Below the pieces are notes generated by a model, which saw nothing but the letters and a program-made list of their open reading frames with translations, had not been told where the DNA came from and ran no database searches. From Candidatus Geohabitans tengchongensis (GTDB lineage Bacteria > Sysuimicrobiota > Sysuimicrobiia > Sysuimicrobiales > Humicultoraceae): a stretch of DNA of 64,000 bases. Shown here piece by piece: positions 22,867 through 32,608 of the stretch. Each line of letters begins with the position of its first letter. Position 1 is the first letter of the stretch. Both the position numbers and the translations under genes were made by a program. Location of the stretch: positions 1 through 64,000 of the forward strand of contig JAVKIH010000007.1 of the NCBI GenBank assembly GCA_031459625.1, written 5' to 3'.

Positions 22867-24519
22867 TCAGCCCCCGGGGGCGCGGGCGGTCGCGCCGGCG
22901 GCGGCGGCGCGGGCCCGACGCAGGGCGGCCCCGACGAAGGCCTGGTAGAGCGGGTGGGGGCGGGTGGGGCGGGAGCGGTACTCGGCGTGGAACTGCGTGC
23001 CCACAAACCAGGGGTGGTCGGGCAGCTCGATGATCTCCACCAGGTCCTTGGCCGGGTAGATCCCCGTGACCCGCAGGCCGTGCTGCGTCAGCACCGGCAG
23101 GTAGGCGTTGTTGAGCTCGTAGCGGTGGCGGTGGCGCTCGCGGACCTCGTCCGTCCCGTAGGCCTCCCGGGCCAGGCTGCCGGGCTGCAGCCGGCAGGGG
23201 TAGCTGCCCAGGCGCATCGTCCCGCCCTTGTCGGCCACGCCGTGCTGCTCGGGGAGGAGGTCGATCACCGGGTGGGGCGTGTCGGGGTCCACCTCCGTGG
23301 TGTTGGCGCCGGCCAGGCCGCAGACGTGCCGGGCGAACTCCACCACCGCCCACTGCATCCCGTAGCAGACGCCGAAGAACGGCACCCGGGCCTCCCGGGC
23401 GAAGCGGATGGCCTTCACCTTCCCCTCCACGCCGCGCGCCCCAAACCCCGGGCAGACCAGGATGCCGTCGAAGGCGGCCAGGTGCGCGTCCACCTCCTCC
23501 TGGGTCAGCCGCTCCAGCTCCTCCGCGTCCACCTTGGTGACCTCCACCGCCGCCCGGTGGGCGATGCCGCCGTGGATGAGCGCCTCCACGATGCTGACGT
23601 AGGTGTCCGCCACCCCCATGTACTTGCCCACCAGGGCGATGCGCACGCGGGCCGTCGGGCGGCGTAGCCGCTCCACCATCTCCGCCCACTCCCGGAGGTC
23701 CGGCGGCGGCGTGTCCAGGCCCAGGCCGCGCACGATGGCCTCGCCGAGCCCTTCCGCCTCCAGCATGAGCGGGACCTCGTAGATGCTGTGGGGGGCGTCG
23801 AGGGCCTGGATGACGTTCTCCACCGGCACGTCGGTGAAGAGCGAGAGCTTCTCCTTGACCGCCGGCGTCAGCGGGTGGGCCGTGCGGCAGACCAGCACGT
23901 CGGGCTGGATCCCGATGCTCCGCAGCGTGGCCACGCTGTGCTGGGTGGGCTTGGTCTTCAGCTCCCCGGCCGCCGGGAGGTAGGGGATGAGCGAGACATG
24001 CACGTAGAGGACGTTGCCCGCCCCCACCGTCCGCTTCATCTGCCGGATGGCCTCGAGGAAGGGCAGGCCCTCGATGTCCCCCACCGTCCCGCCCACCTCC
24101 ACGATCGTCACGTCGGCCTGCGCCTCGCGCACCACCCGCAGGATCTCGTCCTTGATCTCGTTGGTCACGTGGGGGATGACCTGCACCGTCCCGCCCAGGT
24201 AGTCGCCGCGGCGCTCGCGCGTGATCACCGCCAGGTAGATCTTGCCGGTGGTGGCGTTGTTGGCCTTGCCGAGCGGCTCGTCGATGAAGCGCTCGTAGTG
24301 GCCCAGGTCCATGTCGGTCTCGCCACCGTCCTCGGTGACGAAGACCTCGCCGTGCTGGTGGGGGTTCATCGTGCCGGCGTCGACGTTCACGTAGGGGTCG
24401 AACTTCAGGAGGCTGACGCGCAGGCCGCGGGCCTTGAGGAGCCGGCCGATGGAGGCGGAGGTGATGCCCTTGCCCAGCGCCGAGGCCACGCCACCCGTCA
24501 CGAAGATGAACTTGCCCAC
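22867..24519 (-). CDS. pyrG: CTP synthase
   Basis: [49 protein letters not shown]. Confidence 0.98.
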   Translation of the reverse strand: MGKFIFVTGGVASALGKGITSASIGRLLKARGLRVSLLKFDPYVNVDAGTMNPHQHGEVFVTEDGGETDMDLGHYERFIDEPLGKANNATTGKIYLAVITRERRGDYLGGTVQVIPHVTNEIKDEILRVVREAQADVTIVEVGGTVGDIEGLPFLEAIRQMKRTVGAGNVLYVHVSLIPYLPAAGELKTKPTQHSVATLRSIGIQPDVLVCRTAHPLTPAVKEKLSLFTDVPVENVIQALDAPHSIYEVPLMLEAEGLGEAIVRGLGLDTPPPDLREWAEMVERLRRPTARVRIALVGKYMGVADTYVSIVEALIHGGIAHRAAVEVTKVDAEELERLTQEEVDAHLAAFDGILVCPGFGARGVEGKVKAIRFAREARVPFFGVCYGMQWAVVEFARHVCGLAGANTTEVDPDTPHPVIDLLPEQHGVADKGGTMRLGSYPCRLQPGSLAREAYGTDEVRERHRHRYELNNAYLPVLTQHGLRVTGIYPAKDLVEIIELPDHPWFVGTQFHAEYRSRPTRPHPLYQAFVGAALRRARAAAAGATARAPGG

Positions 24520-24557
24520 GCCACCGCCTCCCTCCCTCCGGCAGCCCAAACCGATTC

Positions 24558-24586
24558 CTTATACACCGGCCGCGGGGGAGCGGCAA
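24558..24586 (-). promoter_or_regulatory. Sigma70-like promoter for pyrG
   Basis: TTGCCG-N17-TATAAG. Confidence 0.5.
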
Positions 24587-24659
24587 GGCGGTGCGTGACG
24601 GGCCGGCGGCCGGCCGCCGGCCCGCCGGCGCCACGCCACCGCGGCACGGGCGCCGGCCC

Positions 24660-25538
24660 TCACGCCCGCTCGCCCCAGGCCAGCTTGGCCCGCAGGATGC
24701 CGTAGAAGGACGGGCGCGACAGGCGGACGAGGCGCGTCACCGCCTCGGCCCGCCGCGCCACCACCCGCTCGCCCGGCCGCACCGGCTGCCCGGCCTGCCC
24801 GTCCACGGTGAGGCGCGGCTCCGCGTCCGGGCGGCCGGGCGGGTCGACCTCGATGGTCACCCGCGCGTCGGCGCCGACGATGACCGCCCGCGCGTTGAAG
24901 GTGTGCGGGTTGATGGGGGTGATGATGAGCACCTCCACCCGCGGGTGGACGATGGGCCCGCCGGCGGAGAGGGAGTAGGCGGTCGACCCCGTGGGCGTGG
25001 AGACGATCAGGCCGTCCGCCGGGTAGCTGGCCAGGAGCTCGTCGTTCACGTAGGCGCGCAGGCGCAGCACCCGCGCCACGCCGGTGCCGGTGACGACGGC
25101 GTCGTTGAGGGCCAGGTAGCGGTCGCGCGCGATCCCGTCCCGCTCCACGGCGGCCTCCAGCATCATGCGCGGCTCGACGGCAAAGTCCCCGGCGGCCAGC
25201 CGCGGGACGGCCTCCGGCAGCTCTTCCACGTTCAGCTCGGCGAGGAAGCCGAAGCCGCCGGTGCGCACGCCCAGCAGCGGCACGCGCCCGGCGCTGAGGC
25301 GCGCGCCGTGCAGGATGGTCCCGTCGCCCCCGACCACCACCAGGAGCCCCGCCTCGCCCGCGAGCGCCTCCGCCGGTGCGGTCTCGACAGGCACCGGGAG
25401 CAGGTCGGCGGCGGTGTCGCTCACCAGCACCCGGCGGCCCAGCGCGCGGAAGCGCTCCACCGCCGCCCCCACGGCCGCGGCCGCCTCGGAGCCGCGGCTG
25501 AGCTTGGTGGGGTTGATGAGGACGGCGACGGTCTCCAT
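24660..25538 (-). CDS. nadK: NAD kinase
   Basis: GGDGT, GFL, ALNDA, DGLIVSTPTGSTAYSLSAGGP. Confidence 0.95.
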   Translation of the reverse strand: METVAVLINPTKLSRGSEAAAAVGAAVERFRALGRRVLVSDTAADLLPVPVETAPAEALAGEAGLLVVVGGDGTILHGARLSAGRVPLLGVRTGGFGFLAELNVEELPEAVPRLAAGDFAVEPRMMLEAAVERDGIARDRYLALNDAVVTGTGVARVLRLRAYVNDELLASYPADGLIVSTPTGSTAYSLSAGGPIVHPRVEVLIITPINPHTFNARAVIVGADARVTIEVDPPGRPDAEPRLTVDGQAGQPVRPGERVVARRAEAVTRLVRLSRPSFYGILRAKLAWGERA

Positions 25539-26422
25539 CAGGTGTCGCGGGCCTCCTCCTCGAGGGGAGCGGTCACCGCGGCCTCGATGGCAGCGGCGAG
25601 GGCCCCGTCGTCGAGGAGCAGGCGCGCCCCCCGCGCCGGGTCGGGGACGAGGAGGAGGAAGAACTCCCGGTTGCCCCTGGGCCCGCGCAGCGGCGAGACG
25701 GTCACCCCGGCCACCCCCCAGCCCTGGCGGCGGGCCCACGCCACCAGGTCGGCCAGCACCCGGCGGTGGACGGCGGGATCGCGCACCACCCCGCCGGGGG
25801 CCATCCCCCGTCCCGCCTCGAACTGGGGTTTGACCAGCGCCACGATGAGCCCGCCCGGGGCCAGCCGCCGCGCCACCGCCGGCAGCACGCGGACCAGCGA
25901 GATGAACGAGACGTCCACGGTGGCCAGCTGCACCGGCTCGGGGACGGTCCGCGCGTCGAGGTGCGCGGCGTGGGTGCGCTCCCGCACCACCACCCGCGGG
26001 TCCTGGCGCAGCCGCCAGTCGAGCTGCCCCCGGCCCACGTCCACCGCGTAGACGCGGGCCGCCCCGTGCTGCAGCAGGCAGTCGGTGAAGCCCCCCGTGG
26101 CAGCGCCCACGTCGAGGGCCACCGCGCCCCGCACGTCCAGCCCGAAGGTGCGCAGGGCGTGCTCCAGCTTCTCGCCGCCGCGGCTGACGTAGCGGGGACG
26201 GCGCGGCACCACGGTGATGGCGGCGCCAGTCGGGACGAGGCGTCCGGGCTTCGCCACCGGCTGCCCGTCCACCAGGACCTCACCGGCCAGGATCGCCGCC
26301 TGGGCACGCTCCCGGCTGGAGGCGAGCCCGCGCTCCACCAGCAGCAGGTCCAGGCGGCGCCGCCGCGCCTCTCGTGCGTTTCCGGCGCCACCGGCCCTCC
26401 GCGAGCGCGCCGGTGCCGTCAT
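25538..26422 (-). CDS. tlyA: TlyA family rRNA 2'-O-methyltransferase
   Basis: S4 domain RLDLLLV, YVSRGGEKL, GGFTDCLLQ, DVSFISL, LVKPQFE, GNREF. Confidence 0.95.
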   Translation of the reverse strand: MTAPARSRRAGGAGNAREARRRRLDLLLVERGLASSRERAQAAILAGEVLVDGQPVAKPGRLVPTGAAITVVPRRPRYVSRGGEKLEHALRTFGLDVRGAVALDVGAATGGFTDCLLQHGAARVYAVDVGRGQLDWRLRQDPRVVVRERTHAAHLDARTVPEPVQLATVDVSFISLVRVLPAVARRLAPGGLIVALVKPQFEAGRGMAPGGVVRDPAVHRRVLADLVAWARRQGWGVAGVTVSPLRGPRGNREFFLLLVPDPARGARLLLDDGALAAAIEAAVTAPLEEEARDT

Positions 26423-26435
26423 GAGGACAGCCCCC

Positions 26436-27371
26436 TCATGCCTCCCGCGCCAGCAGGAGCCGGGCCAGCCCGGCCAGCAGGTCGCCGCGGGCGCCCAGCG
26501 GCCGGAGCGCCTCCACCGCCTGCGCCGTGAGCCCTGCGGCGATCGCCCGCGAGCGCTCCACCCCGTAGACGGTGGGGTAGGTGAGCTTGCGACTGGCGGC
26601 GTCGCGACGGGCGTCCTTCCCCAGCGTCTGCGCCTCGCCCACCTCGTCCAGCACGTCGTCGATGACCTGGTAGGCCAGCCCCAGGTGCGCCCCGTAGGCA
26701 TCGAGCGCCTCCAGCTCCTCGGAGGACGCGTCGCAGAGGATCGCCCCGGCCCGCACGCACGCACGAATGAGGGCGGCGGTCTTGCGCCGGTGGATGTCCG
26801 CGACGGCCGAGGCGAGGTCGCCCGGCCAGCCGGGCATGGCCGGCTGGTCGGGCCTGCGCTCCGCCAGCAGGTCGAGGACCTGTCCGCCCACCATGCCCCC
26901 GGTCCCGATGGCCGCTGCCACCTCGCGCACCACCGCCGTGGCGGCCTCCGGCCGCACCCCGGGGACGGGGCGGGCCAGCAGCTCGAAGGCCAGCGCGTGC
27001 AGGGCGTCCCCGGCCAGGACGGCCATGGCCTCGCCGAAGACGCGGTGACAGGCCGGCCGCCCGCGGCGCAGCGCGGCGTCGTCCATGGAGGGCAGGTCGT
27101 CGTGGATCAGGGAGTAGGTGTTGATCAGCTCGACGGCGCAGGCCGTGGGCAGTACCGGCTCGACCGCTCCGCCCACCGTCTCCGCCGCGGCGATCACCAG
27201 CAGCGGGCGCAGCCGCTTCCCGCCGGCGAAGACGCTGTAGCGCATGGCCCGGTGGAGAATGGCGGGGAAGGCGTCCTCGGGCGGCAGCCAGGCGTCGAGG
27301 GCCGCGTCCACCCGCGCCGTCCGGTCGGCGGCGTAGGCGTGCAGGTCGGCGGCCAGGGCGCGCTCAGCCAA
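26436..27371 (-). CDS. ispA: Polyprenyl (farnesyl/geranylgeranyl) diphosphate synthase
   Basis: GGKRLRP, SLIHDDLPSMD, RRG, GQVLD, KTA, YQVIDDVLD. Confidence 0.93.
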   Translation of the reverse strand: MAERALAADLHAYAADRTARVDAALDAWLPPEDAFPAILHRAMRYSVFAGGKRLRPLLVIAAAETVGGAVEPVLPTACAVELINTYSLIHDDLPSMDDAALRRGRPACHRVFGEAMAVLAGDALHALAFELLARPVPGVRPEAATAVVREVAAAIGTGGMVGGQVLDLLAERRPDQPAMPGWPGDLASAVADIHRRKTAALIRACVRAGAILCDASSEELEALDAYGAHLGLAYQVIDDVLDEVGEAQTLGKDARRDAASRKLTYPTVYGVERSRAIAAGLTAQAVEALRPLGARGDLLAGLARLLLAREA

Positions 27372-27651
27372 TGGTGAACCCCTGCTGCCCGCGGGGCGCC
27401 GCCCAGGTCACCTCGGCGTGCTCCACGACGGCCCCGCGCGGTCCCTCGCGCACCCGGCGCACGAAGGCTTCCACCGCCGCCCGCGGGCCCTCCGCTTCGA
27501 TCTCCACGCTGCCGTCCGGCAGGTTGCGGGCGAAGCCGGCCAGCCCCAGGCGGGCCGCCTCGCGCTGGGCGAAGAAGCGAAACCCCACCCCCTGGACGAG
27601 CCCGCGCAGCCGCACCCGCGCGCGGACGACGGCGGCCTCCTCCACGGTCAC
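27364..27651 (-). CDS. acyP: Acylphosphatase
   Basis: GLVQGVGFR, GFARNLPDGSVE. Confidence 0.92.
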   Translation of the reverse strand: MTVEEAAVVRARVRLRGLVQGVGFRFFAQREAARLGLAGFARNLPDGSVEIEAEGPRAAVEAFVRRVREGPRGAVVEHAEVTWAAPRGQQGFTIG

Positions 27652-28061
27652 TGCCCCTGCACCCGGGAGAGGCGCTCCCGGTAGACGGCGCCGAGGACCC
27701 CGTTCACGAAGCGTCCCGAGTCCTCCGTCCCGTACTTCTTCGCCAGCTCCACCGCCTCGTTGATGACGACGTTGGGCGGGGTGTCCATGGCCAGCAGCTC
27801 GTAGAGGGCCAGGCGCAGCACCGCCCGGTCCACCGCCGGCATGCGGTCGAGCGTCCACCCGCTGAGGTGCTCGGCGATGAGACGGTCGATCTCCGCCCGG
27901 CGCGCCCACACCCCGCTGCACAGCTCAACGATGAAGGGCCACTCCTCGCGAGGCCGCTCCGCCCGCACCTGCTCGAGGACGTCCTCGAGCGGGGCCTTCC
28001 CCACGTCGGCCTGGAAGAGGACCTGCAGCGCCACGTCGCGCGCCCGGCGCCGCGGGCTCAT
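27648..28061 (-). CDS. nusB: Transcription antitermination factor NusB
   Basis: RRRAR, WTLDR, DRAVLR, INEAVELAK, FVNGVL. Confidence 0.96.
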   Translation of the reverse strand: MSPRRRARDVALQVLFQADVGKAPLEDVLEQVRAERPREEWPFIVELCSGVWARRAEIDRLIAEHLSGWTLDRMPAVDRAVLRLALYELLAMDTPPNVVINEAVELAKKYGTEDSGRFVNGVLGAVYRERLSRVQGQ

Positions 28062-28082
28062 CGGGTCACGCGCCCCGCCGGC

Positions 28083-28646
28083 TCATGGCTTCACGCGCTC
28101 GATGTACTCCCCGGTCCGGGTGTCCACGCGGATGCGGTCGCCGGTCTCGACGAAGAAGGGCACCTGGACCACCGCCCCGGTCTCCAGGCGCGCCGGTTTC
28201 CCTCCCCCGTGCACCGTGTCGCCCCGCACGCCGGGGGCGGTCTCCACCACCGCCAGCTCCACGGCGTTGGGCAGCTCCACACCGAGGGGCCGGCCGTCGT
28301 GGAAGACGACCTGGACCTCGGTGTTCTCCCGCAGCCACCGCGTGGCGTCGCCCAGCAGCGCCGCGTCCAGGGAGACCTGCTCGAAGCTCTCCTGGTCCAT
28401 GAAGACGTAGTACGTCCCGTCGTGGTAGAGGTAGAGCATCGGCTTGCGCTCCATGAACGCCCGCGGGTAGCGCTCCTCGGGCATGAAGGTGCGCTCGGTG
28501 ATGGCCCCGGTCTTCAGATTGCGCAGCCGCGTCCGGACGATGGCCGTGCCGCGCCCGCGCTTGATGTGCTGGAACTCCATCACCACGTGCAGCTCGCCGT
28601 CGATCTCCACCACCATGCCCGGCCGGAAGTCGTTGGCCGCGATCAT
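28083..28646 (-). CDS. efp: Elongation factor P
   Basis: N-terminal DFRPG, PGVRGDT, KPARLETG, VPFFV, VDTRTGEY; tip loop reads KRGRG. Confidence 0.96.
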   Translation of the reverse strand: MIAANDFRPGMVVEIDGELHVVMEFQHIKRGRGTAIVRTRLRNLKTGAITERTFMPEERYPRAFMERKPMLYLYHDGTYYVFMDQESFEQVSLDAALLGDATRWLRENTEVQVVFHDGRPLGVELPNAVELAVVETAPGVRGDTVHGGGKPARLETGAVVQVPFFVETGDRIRVDTRTGEYIERVKP

Positions 28647-28663
28647 GCCCTCCCCTCCCCGTC

Positions 28664-29770
28664 TTACACCTCCAGCAGGTCTTTCGGCAGCCCGGTGAGG
28701 ACCTCCACGCCGCCGTCGCGCAGGACCACCAGGTCCTCGATGCGCACCCCGCCCCACCCCGAGCGGTAGATTCCCGGCTCCACGGTGAGGACGACGTCCG
28801 GCTCCAGCGTCGCCTCCTCCCGCGGCGAGAGCGTGGGCCCCTCGTGCACCTCCAGGCCCACCCCGTGGCCCAGGCTGTGGCCGAAGGCCTCCCCGAAGCC
28901 GGCGGCGGTGAGGAGGTCGCGCGCCAGCGCATCCCCGGCTTTGCCCGTCATCCCCGGGCGCAACCCCGCCTCGGCCGCCTCCTGGGCCCGCCGCACCGCC
29001 TCGTAGACGCGCCGCTGCTCCGCGGTGGCGCGGCCCACAACCACGGTGCGGGTGCAGTCGGAGCGGTACCCCCCGACGACCGCCCCGAAGTCGAAGGTCA
29101 CCAGGTCCCCCGCATGCAGCGGGCGGTCGGACGCCCGCCCGTGGGGCATGGCCGAGCGCGGGCCCGAGGCCACCACCACGTCGAAGGCCAGCGCCTCCGC
29201 TCCCGCGCGGCGCATCTGGAACTCCAGTTCCAGCGCCAGCTCGCGCTCGCGCACGCCGGGCCGTACCAGCGGCAGCACGGCGCGGAACGCCGTATCGCCG
29301 ATGGCCGCCGCCCGGCGGATGCGCTCCACCTCCTCCGGGTCCTTGCGCCAGCGGATCCGGTCGAGGCCGGCCACGGGGACCAGCTCCACCTCCGGGAGGC
29401 GCTCGGCGAGCTGCCGCCACTGGGCCACGGTCAGGACCTCGCTCTCGAAGCCCAGGCGGCGCACCCCCAGGTGGCCGACCAGCTCCGCCAGGCCTTCGGC
29501 CATGTTGCTCACGCGGACGTGCCGGGCCTGCGGCGCCTCTTGGACGGCCTGGTCCAGGTAGCGGAAGTCGATCAGCAGGTGGACCTCGGTCGGGGTGAGC
29601 AGCGCCACGCCGTCCCGCCAGGTGTCGTGGGACGGGCCCCCGCCGGTGAAGCCGGTCAGGTAGGTGCGGTTCTGGGGCTTGAGCACGACGAGGGCGTCGA
29701 GCTGCTCCTCCTCCAGGCGGGCCCGCGCCCGCAACAGGCGCTCATCGAGCGGCAGCCACACAGCAGACAT
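28664..29770 (-). CDS. Xaa-Pro (M24) peptidase
   Basis: YLTGF, PHG, DFGA...YRSDCTRT, HSLGHGVGLEVHE, EPGIY, GVRIED. Confidence 0.93.
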   Translation of the reverse strand: MSAVWLPLDERLLRARARLEEEQLDALVVLKPQNRTYLTGFTGGGPSHDTWRDGVALLTPTEVHLLIDFRYLDQAVQEAPQARHVRVSNMAEGLAELVGHLGVRRLGFESEVLTVAQWRQLAERLPEVELVPVAGLDRIRWRKDPEEVERIRRAAAIGDTAFRAVLPLVRPGVRERELALELEFQMRRAGAEALAFDVVVASGPRSAMPHGRASDRPLHAGDLVTFDFGAVVGGYRSDCTRTVVVGRATAEQRRVYEAVRRAQEAAEAGLRPGMTGKAGDALARDLLTAAGFGEAFGHSLGHGVGLEVHEGPTLSPREEATLEPDVVLTVEPGIYRSGWGGVRIEDLVVLRDGGVEVLTGLPKDLLEV

Positions 29771-29791
29771 ACAGCAGGATGATAGCAGACC

Positions 29792-30814
29792 TCACCACCG
29801 TGGCCCCTGCGGGCGCCGACGCTCCACCGTCACGCCCCGGGCGCTCAAGCGCGTCAGCCAGACCTCCACGCCGGGGAGGCGGCGGAGCGCGGCCGCCGCG
29901 GCCCGTGCGCGGCGGGCATCTTCCAGGACTCCGTAGACCACCGGTCCGCTGCCCGACAGACCGGCCACCACGGCCCCGTGCCGGCGCAGGACGGCGGCGA
30001 GGTCCCGGACGATCGGGTGGCGCCGCTCCACGACGGCTGAGAAGACGTTCCCTGCGGCCTTGCCGAGCGCCCGCAGGTCGCCGGCGGCGAGGGCCCGAGC
30101 CGCCGCGGCCACGTCCGGCCGCGGCACCCGCTGGACACGGTGCTCCCGCTCTCGGGCCGCTCCCGGGTGGGCCCCACGGGCCCGGTCGAGGGCCGCATAG
30201 GCCCAGGCCGTGGAGATGGCCACAGGCGGCCGGGCCAGCACGACGGGCAGCGGGGGGAGCGCGGGCAGGGGCTCGAGCCGATCCCCCCGTCCCCTCCCCA
30301 GCGCCGCCCCACCTCTGAGGAGGAAGGGCACGTCGGCCCCGAGGGCTGCGGCCAGTGCGTGCAGCGTCGCCGCATCCGCGCGCAGGCGCCACAGGCGCGC
30401 CAGACCCACGAGGGCCCCCGCCGCATCGGCGCTGCCGCCGCCCAGGCCGGCCGCCACGGGGATCGCCTTGTGCAGGGTGATCCGGGCGCCCGCCCGCACG
30501 GCAAAACGCTCGCGGAGGCGCTGCGCCGCCTGCACCACCAGGTTGCGCTCGCTGAGCGGCACCCCCGAGGCCGCCGCCCCGGGCGCCAGCGCCAGCTGGA
30601 TCGCGCTGCGGTGGGGACGCAGCATCAGGGTGTCGTGCAGGGCGATGGTGTGGAGTACCGTGGCCACGTCGTGGTACCCGTCAGGCCGGCGCCCCAGGAC
30701 GTCGAGGGCCAGGTTGATCTTGGCCCGGGCCCGGACGACGAGTGTCGGCTGGGCTGCGGGGCGCCGGCCGCGCAGACTCCGCCGTGGGGCCGCGGGGCGG
30801 GCAGCTGCCCTCAC
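29792..30814 (-). CDS. ispE: 4-diphosphocytidyl-2-C-methyl-D-erythritol kinase; start approximate
   Basis: AKINLAL, DGYH, KAIPVAAGLGGGSADAA, LGADVPF, LSGSGP. Confidence 0.93.
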   Translation of the reverse strand: MRAAARPAAPRRSLRGRRPAAQPTLVVRARAKINLALDVLGRRPDGYHDVATVLHTIALHDTLMLRPHRSAIQLALAPGAAASGVPLSERNLVVQAAQRLRERFAVRAGARITLHKAIPVAAGLGGGSADAAGALVGLARLWRLRADAATLHALAAALGADVPFLLRGGAALGRGRGDRLEPLPALPPLPVVLARPPVAISTAWAYAALDRARGAHPGAAREREHRVQRVPRPDVAAAARALAAGDLRALGKAAGNVFSAVVERRHPIVRDLAAVLRRHGAVVAGLSGSGPVVYGVLEDARRARAAAAALRRLPGVEVWLTRLSARGVTVERRRPQGPRW

Positions 30815-32034
30815 GCCCGCCCGCGGGTGGTGTCGCTCACCCGGGCGGCTTCCGCGCGGGCCCACCGGTCGGCTTCGAGGATCGCCTCCAGGTCCGGCTC
30901 GGCCACAGGGGTGTGGGCCTCCACGACACGGCGCACCACCCGCACGATGTCCCCAAACGGGAGCGCCCCGGCCAGGAAGCGGGCCACCGCCACCTCGTCG
31001 GCGGCGTTCAGCACCGCCGGTGCCGTCCCGCCGGCGCGGGCCGCCTGGCGGGCCAGGGACAGGGCCGGATAGCGGTCGGGGTCGGGACGCTCGAAGGTCA
31101 GGGGGCCGAGCGCGGCCAGGTCCAGATGCCCGAAGGGCGCCGGACGCCGCTCCGGGTGGTGCAGGGCGTGGTGCAGGACGATGCGCATGTCCGGCAGGGC
31201 CAGGATGGCCTTCACGCTGCCGTCGACGAACTCCACCATCCCGTGGACCACCGCCTGGGGGTGGACCAGCACCTCGATGCGCTCGGGCGGCAGACCGAAG
31301 AGGTGGCTCGCCTCGATGACCTCCAGCCCCTTGTTCATCATCGTGGCGGAGTCGACCGTGATGCGTGGCCCCATGCGCCAGACCGGGTGGGCGAGGACCT
31401 CCTCGGGCGTCACCCTGTCCAGCGTCTCCAGGGGTCGGCGCAGGACGGGGCCGCCCGAGGCGGTGAGGACCACCCGGGCGACACTCTCCGGGGCCTCGCC
31501 GGCCAGGCACTGGAAGAGGGCGTTGTGCTCGCTGTCCGCCGGCACGATCACCGCACCGCGGCGGCGGGCGGCCGCCAGCAGCAGGGGGCCGGCCGCCACC
31601 AGGACCTCCTTGCTGGCCAGGGCGATGCGCTTTCCCCACTCGGCCGCCGCCAGGGTGGGGCGCAGGGCCGCGATCCCCACGATCCCCACCACCACGACCT
31701 CGGCCTCGGGGTGAGTGGCCGCGGCCACCAGACCCTCGGGGCCCCCCACGACCACGGGGCCGCCATCCGCCGGGCCGGGGGTCTCGGGTGCACCGGCGGC
31801 GGGCGAGACAGCGTCGCCCAGGCGTCGGCGCAGCGCCTCGGCCGCCTCAGGGTCGGCGACGGCCACGAGCTGCGGCCGGGCACGCTCGACCTGGGCCGCC
31901 AGCCGCTCGATGTCACGACGCGCGGCCAGCGCCACGACCCGCAGACGCCTCGGGGAGGCGAGCACGACTTCGAGCGCGGCCCGGCCGACCGACCCGGTCG
32001 AGCCCAGGATGGCCACGCCCCGGGGGGCGGTCAC
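30811..32034 (-). CDS. dxr: 1-deoxy-D-xylulose-5-phosphate reductoisomerase
   Basis: LGSTGSVG, ASKE, PADSEH, LTASGGP, W-x-MG-x-x-ITVDSATMMNKGLE. Confidence 0.96.
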   Translation of the reverse strand: MTAPRGVAILGSTGSVGRAALEVVLASPRRLRVVALAARRDIERLAAQVERARPQLVAVADPEAAEALRRRLGDAVSPAAGAPETPGPADGGPVVVGGPEGLVAAATHPEAEVVVVGIVGIAALRPTLAAAEWGKRIALASKEVLVAAGPLLLAAARRRGAVIVPADSEHNALFQCLAGEAPESVARVVLTASGGPVLRRPLETLDRVTPEEVLAHPVWRMGPRITVDSATMMNKGLEVIEASHLFGLPPERIEVLVHPQAVVHGMVEFVDGSVKAILALPDMRIVLHHALHHPERRPAPFGHLDLAALGPLTFERPDPDRYPALSLARQAARAGGTAPAVLNAADEVAVARFLAGALPFGDIVRVVRRVVEAHTPVAEPDLEAILEADRWARAEAARVSDTTRGRA

Positions 32035-32600
32035 GCGCCGCTCCCTCCCGCGGGGGCACCCCGGCCTTCCCGTCCCTCCGGCCTAGCGACCCCGCCCGGA
32101 GCGGCCGCCTCCGCCTGGGCCTCACAGCTACGCCGCGCCACCAGGACCACGGCCATCGCGGCGATGGCCTCGCCGCGGCCCAGTCCGCCCACGCGCTCGT
32201 GGGTCGTGGCCTTGACGCTGACGGCTTGCGGGTCCAGGGCGAGGATCGCGGCGATCACCTGGCGCATCTGCGGGATGTGCGGAGCCAGCGGGGGAGCCTC
32301 GGCGACCACGGTGGCGTCGACGTTCACGGGGACGTAGCCCTGCTGCGCCAGCAGCGAGGCCACGGTGCGCAGCAGGTCGGTGCTCGGCGCTCGGCGGTAG
32401 CGCGGGTCGTCCGGCGGGAAGTGCCGGCCGATGTCCCCCTCCCCCACCGCCCCCAGCAGCGCGTCGGCCACCGCGTGCAGGAGGACGTCGGCGTCGGAGT
32501 GCCCCTCGAGCCCCAGCGGGAAGGGGATCGTCACCCCACCGATGACCAGCGGCCGCCCTGGAGTCAGCCGGTGGACGTCGTAGCCGATCCCTACCCGCAC
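32031..32600 (-). CDS. ispF: MECDP synthase
   Basis: RVGIGYDVH, GHSDADV, DIGRHFP, SVKATT. Confidence 0.95.
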   Translation of the reverse strand: MRVGIGYDVHRLTPGRPLVIGGVTIPFPLGLEGHSDADVLLHAVADALLGAVGEGDIGRHFPPDDPRYRRAPSTDLLRTVASLLAQQGYVPVNVDATVVAEAPPLAPHIPQMRQVIAAILALDPQAVSVKATTHERVGGLGRGEAIAAMAVVLVARRSCEAQAEAAAPGGVARPEGREGRGAPAGGSGA

Positions 32601-32608
32601 GTCGCCGC

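Noticed and set aside
21896..24634. Apparent large fusions in the ORF track (912-aa ilvE, 893-aa PilX1, 658-aa methyltransferase, 615-aa ispE, 538-aa ispF)
   Set aside because: The N-terminal extensions are low-complexity off-frame reads of upstream genes and each has a plausible internal start, unlike the TGase-pilin case where both halves are real domains in one frame
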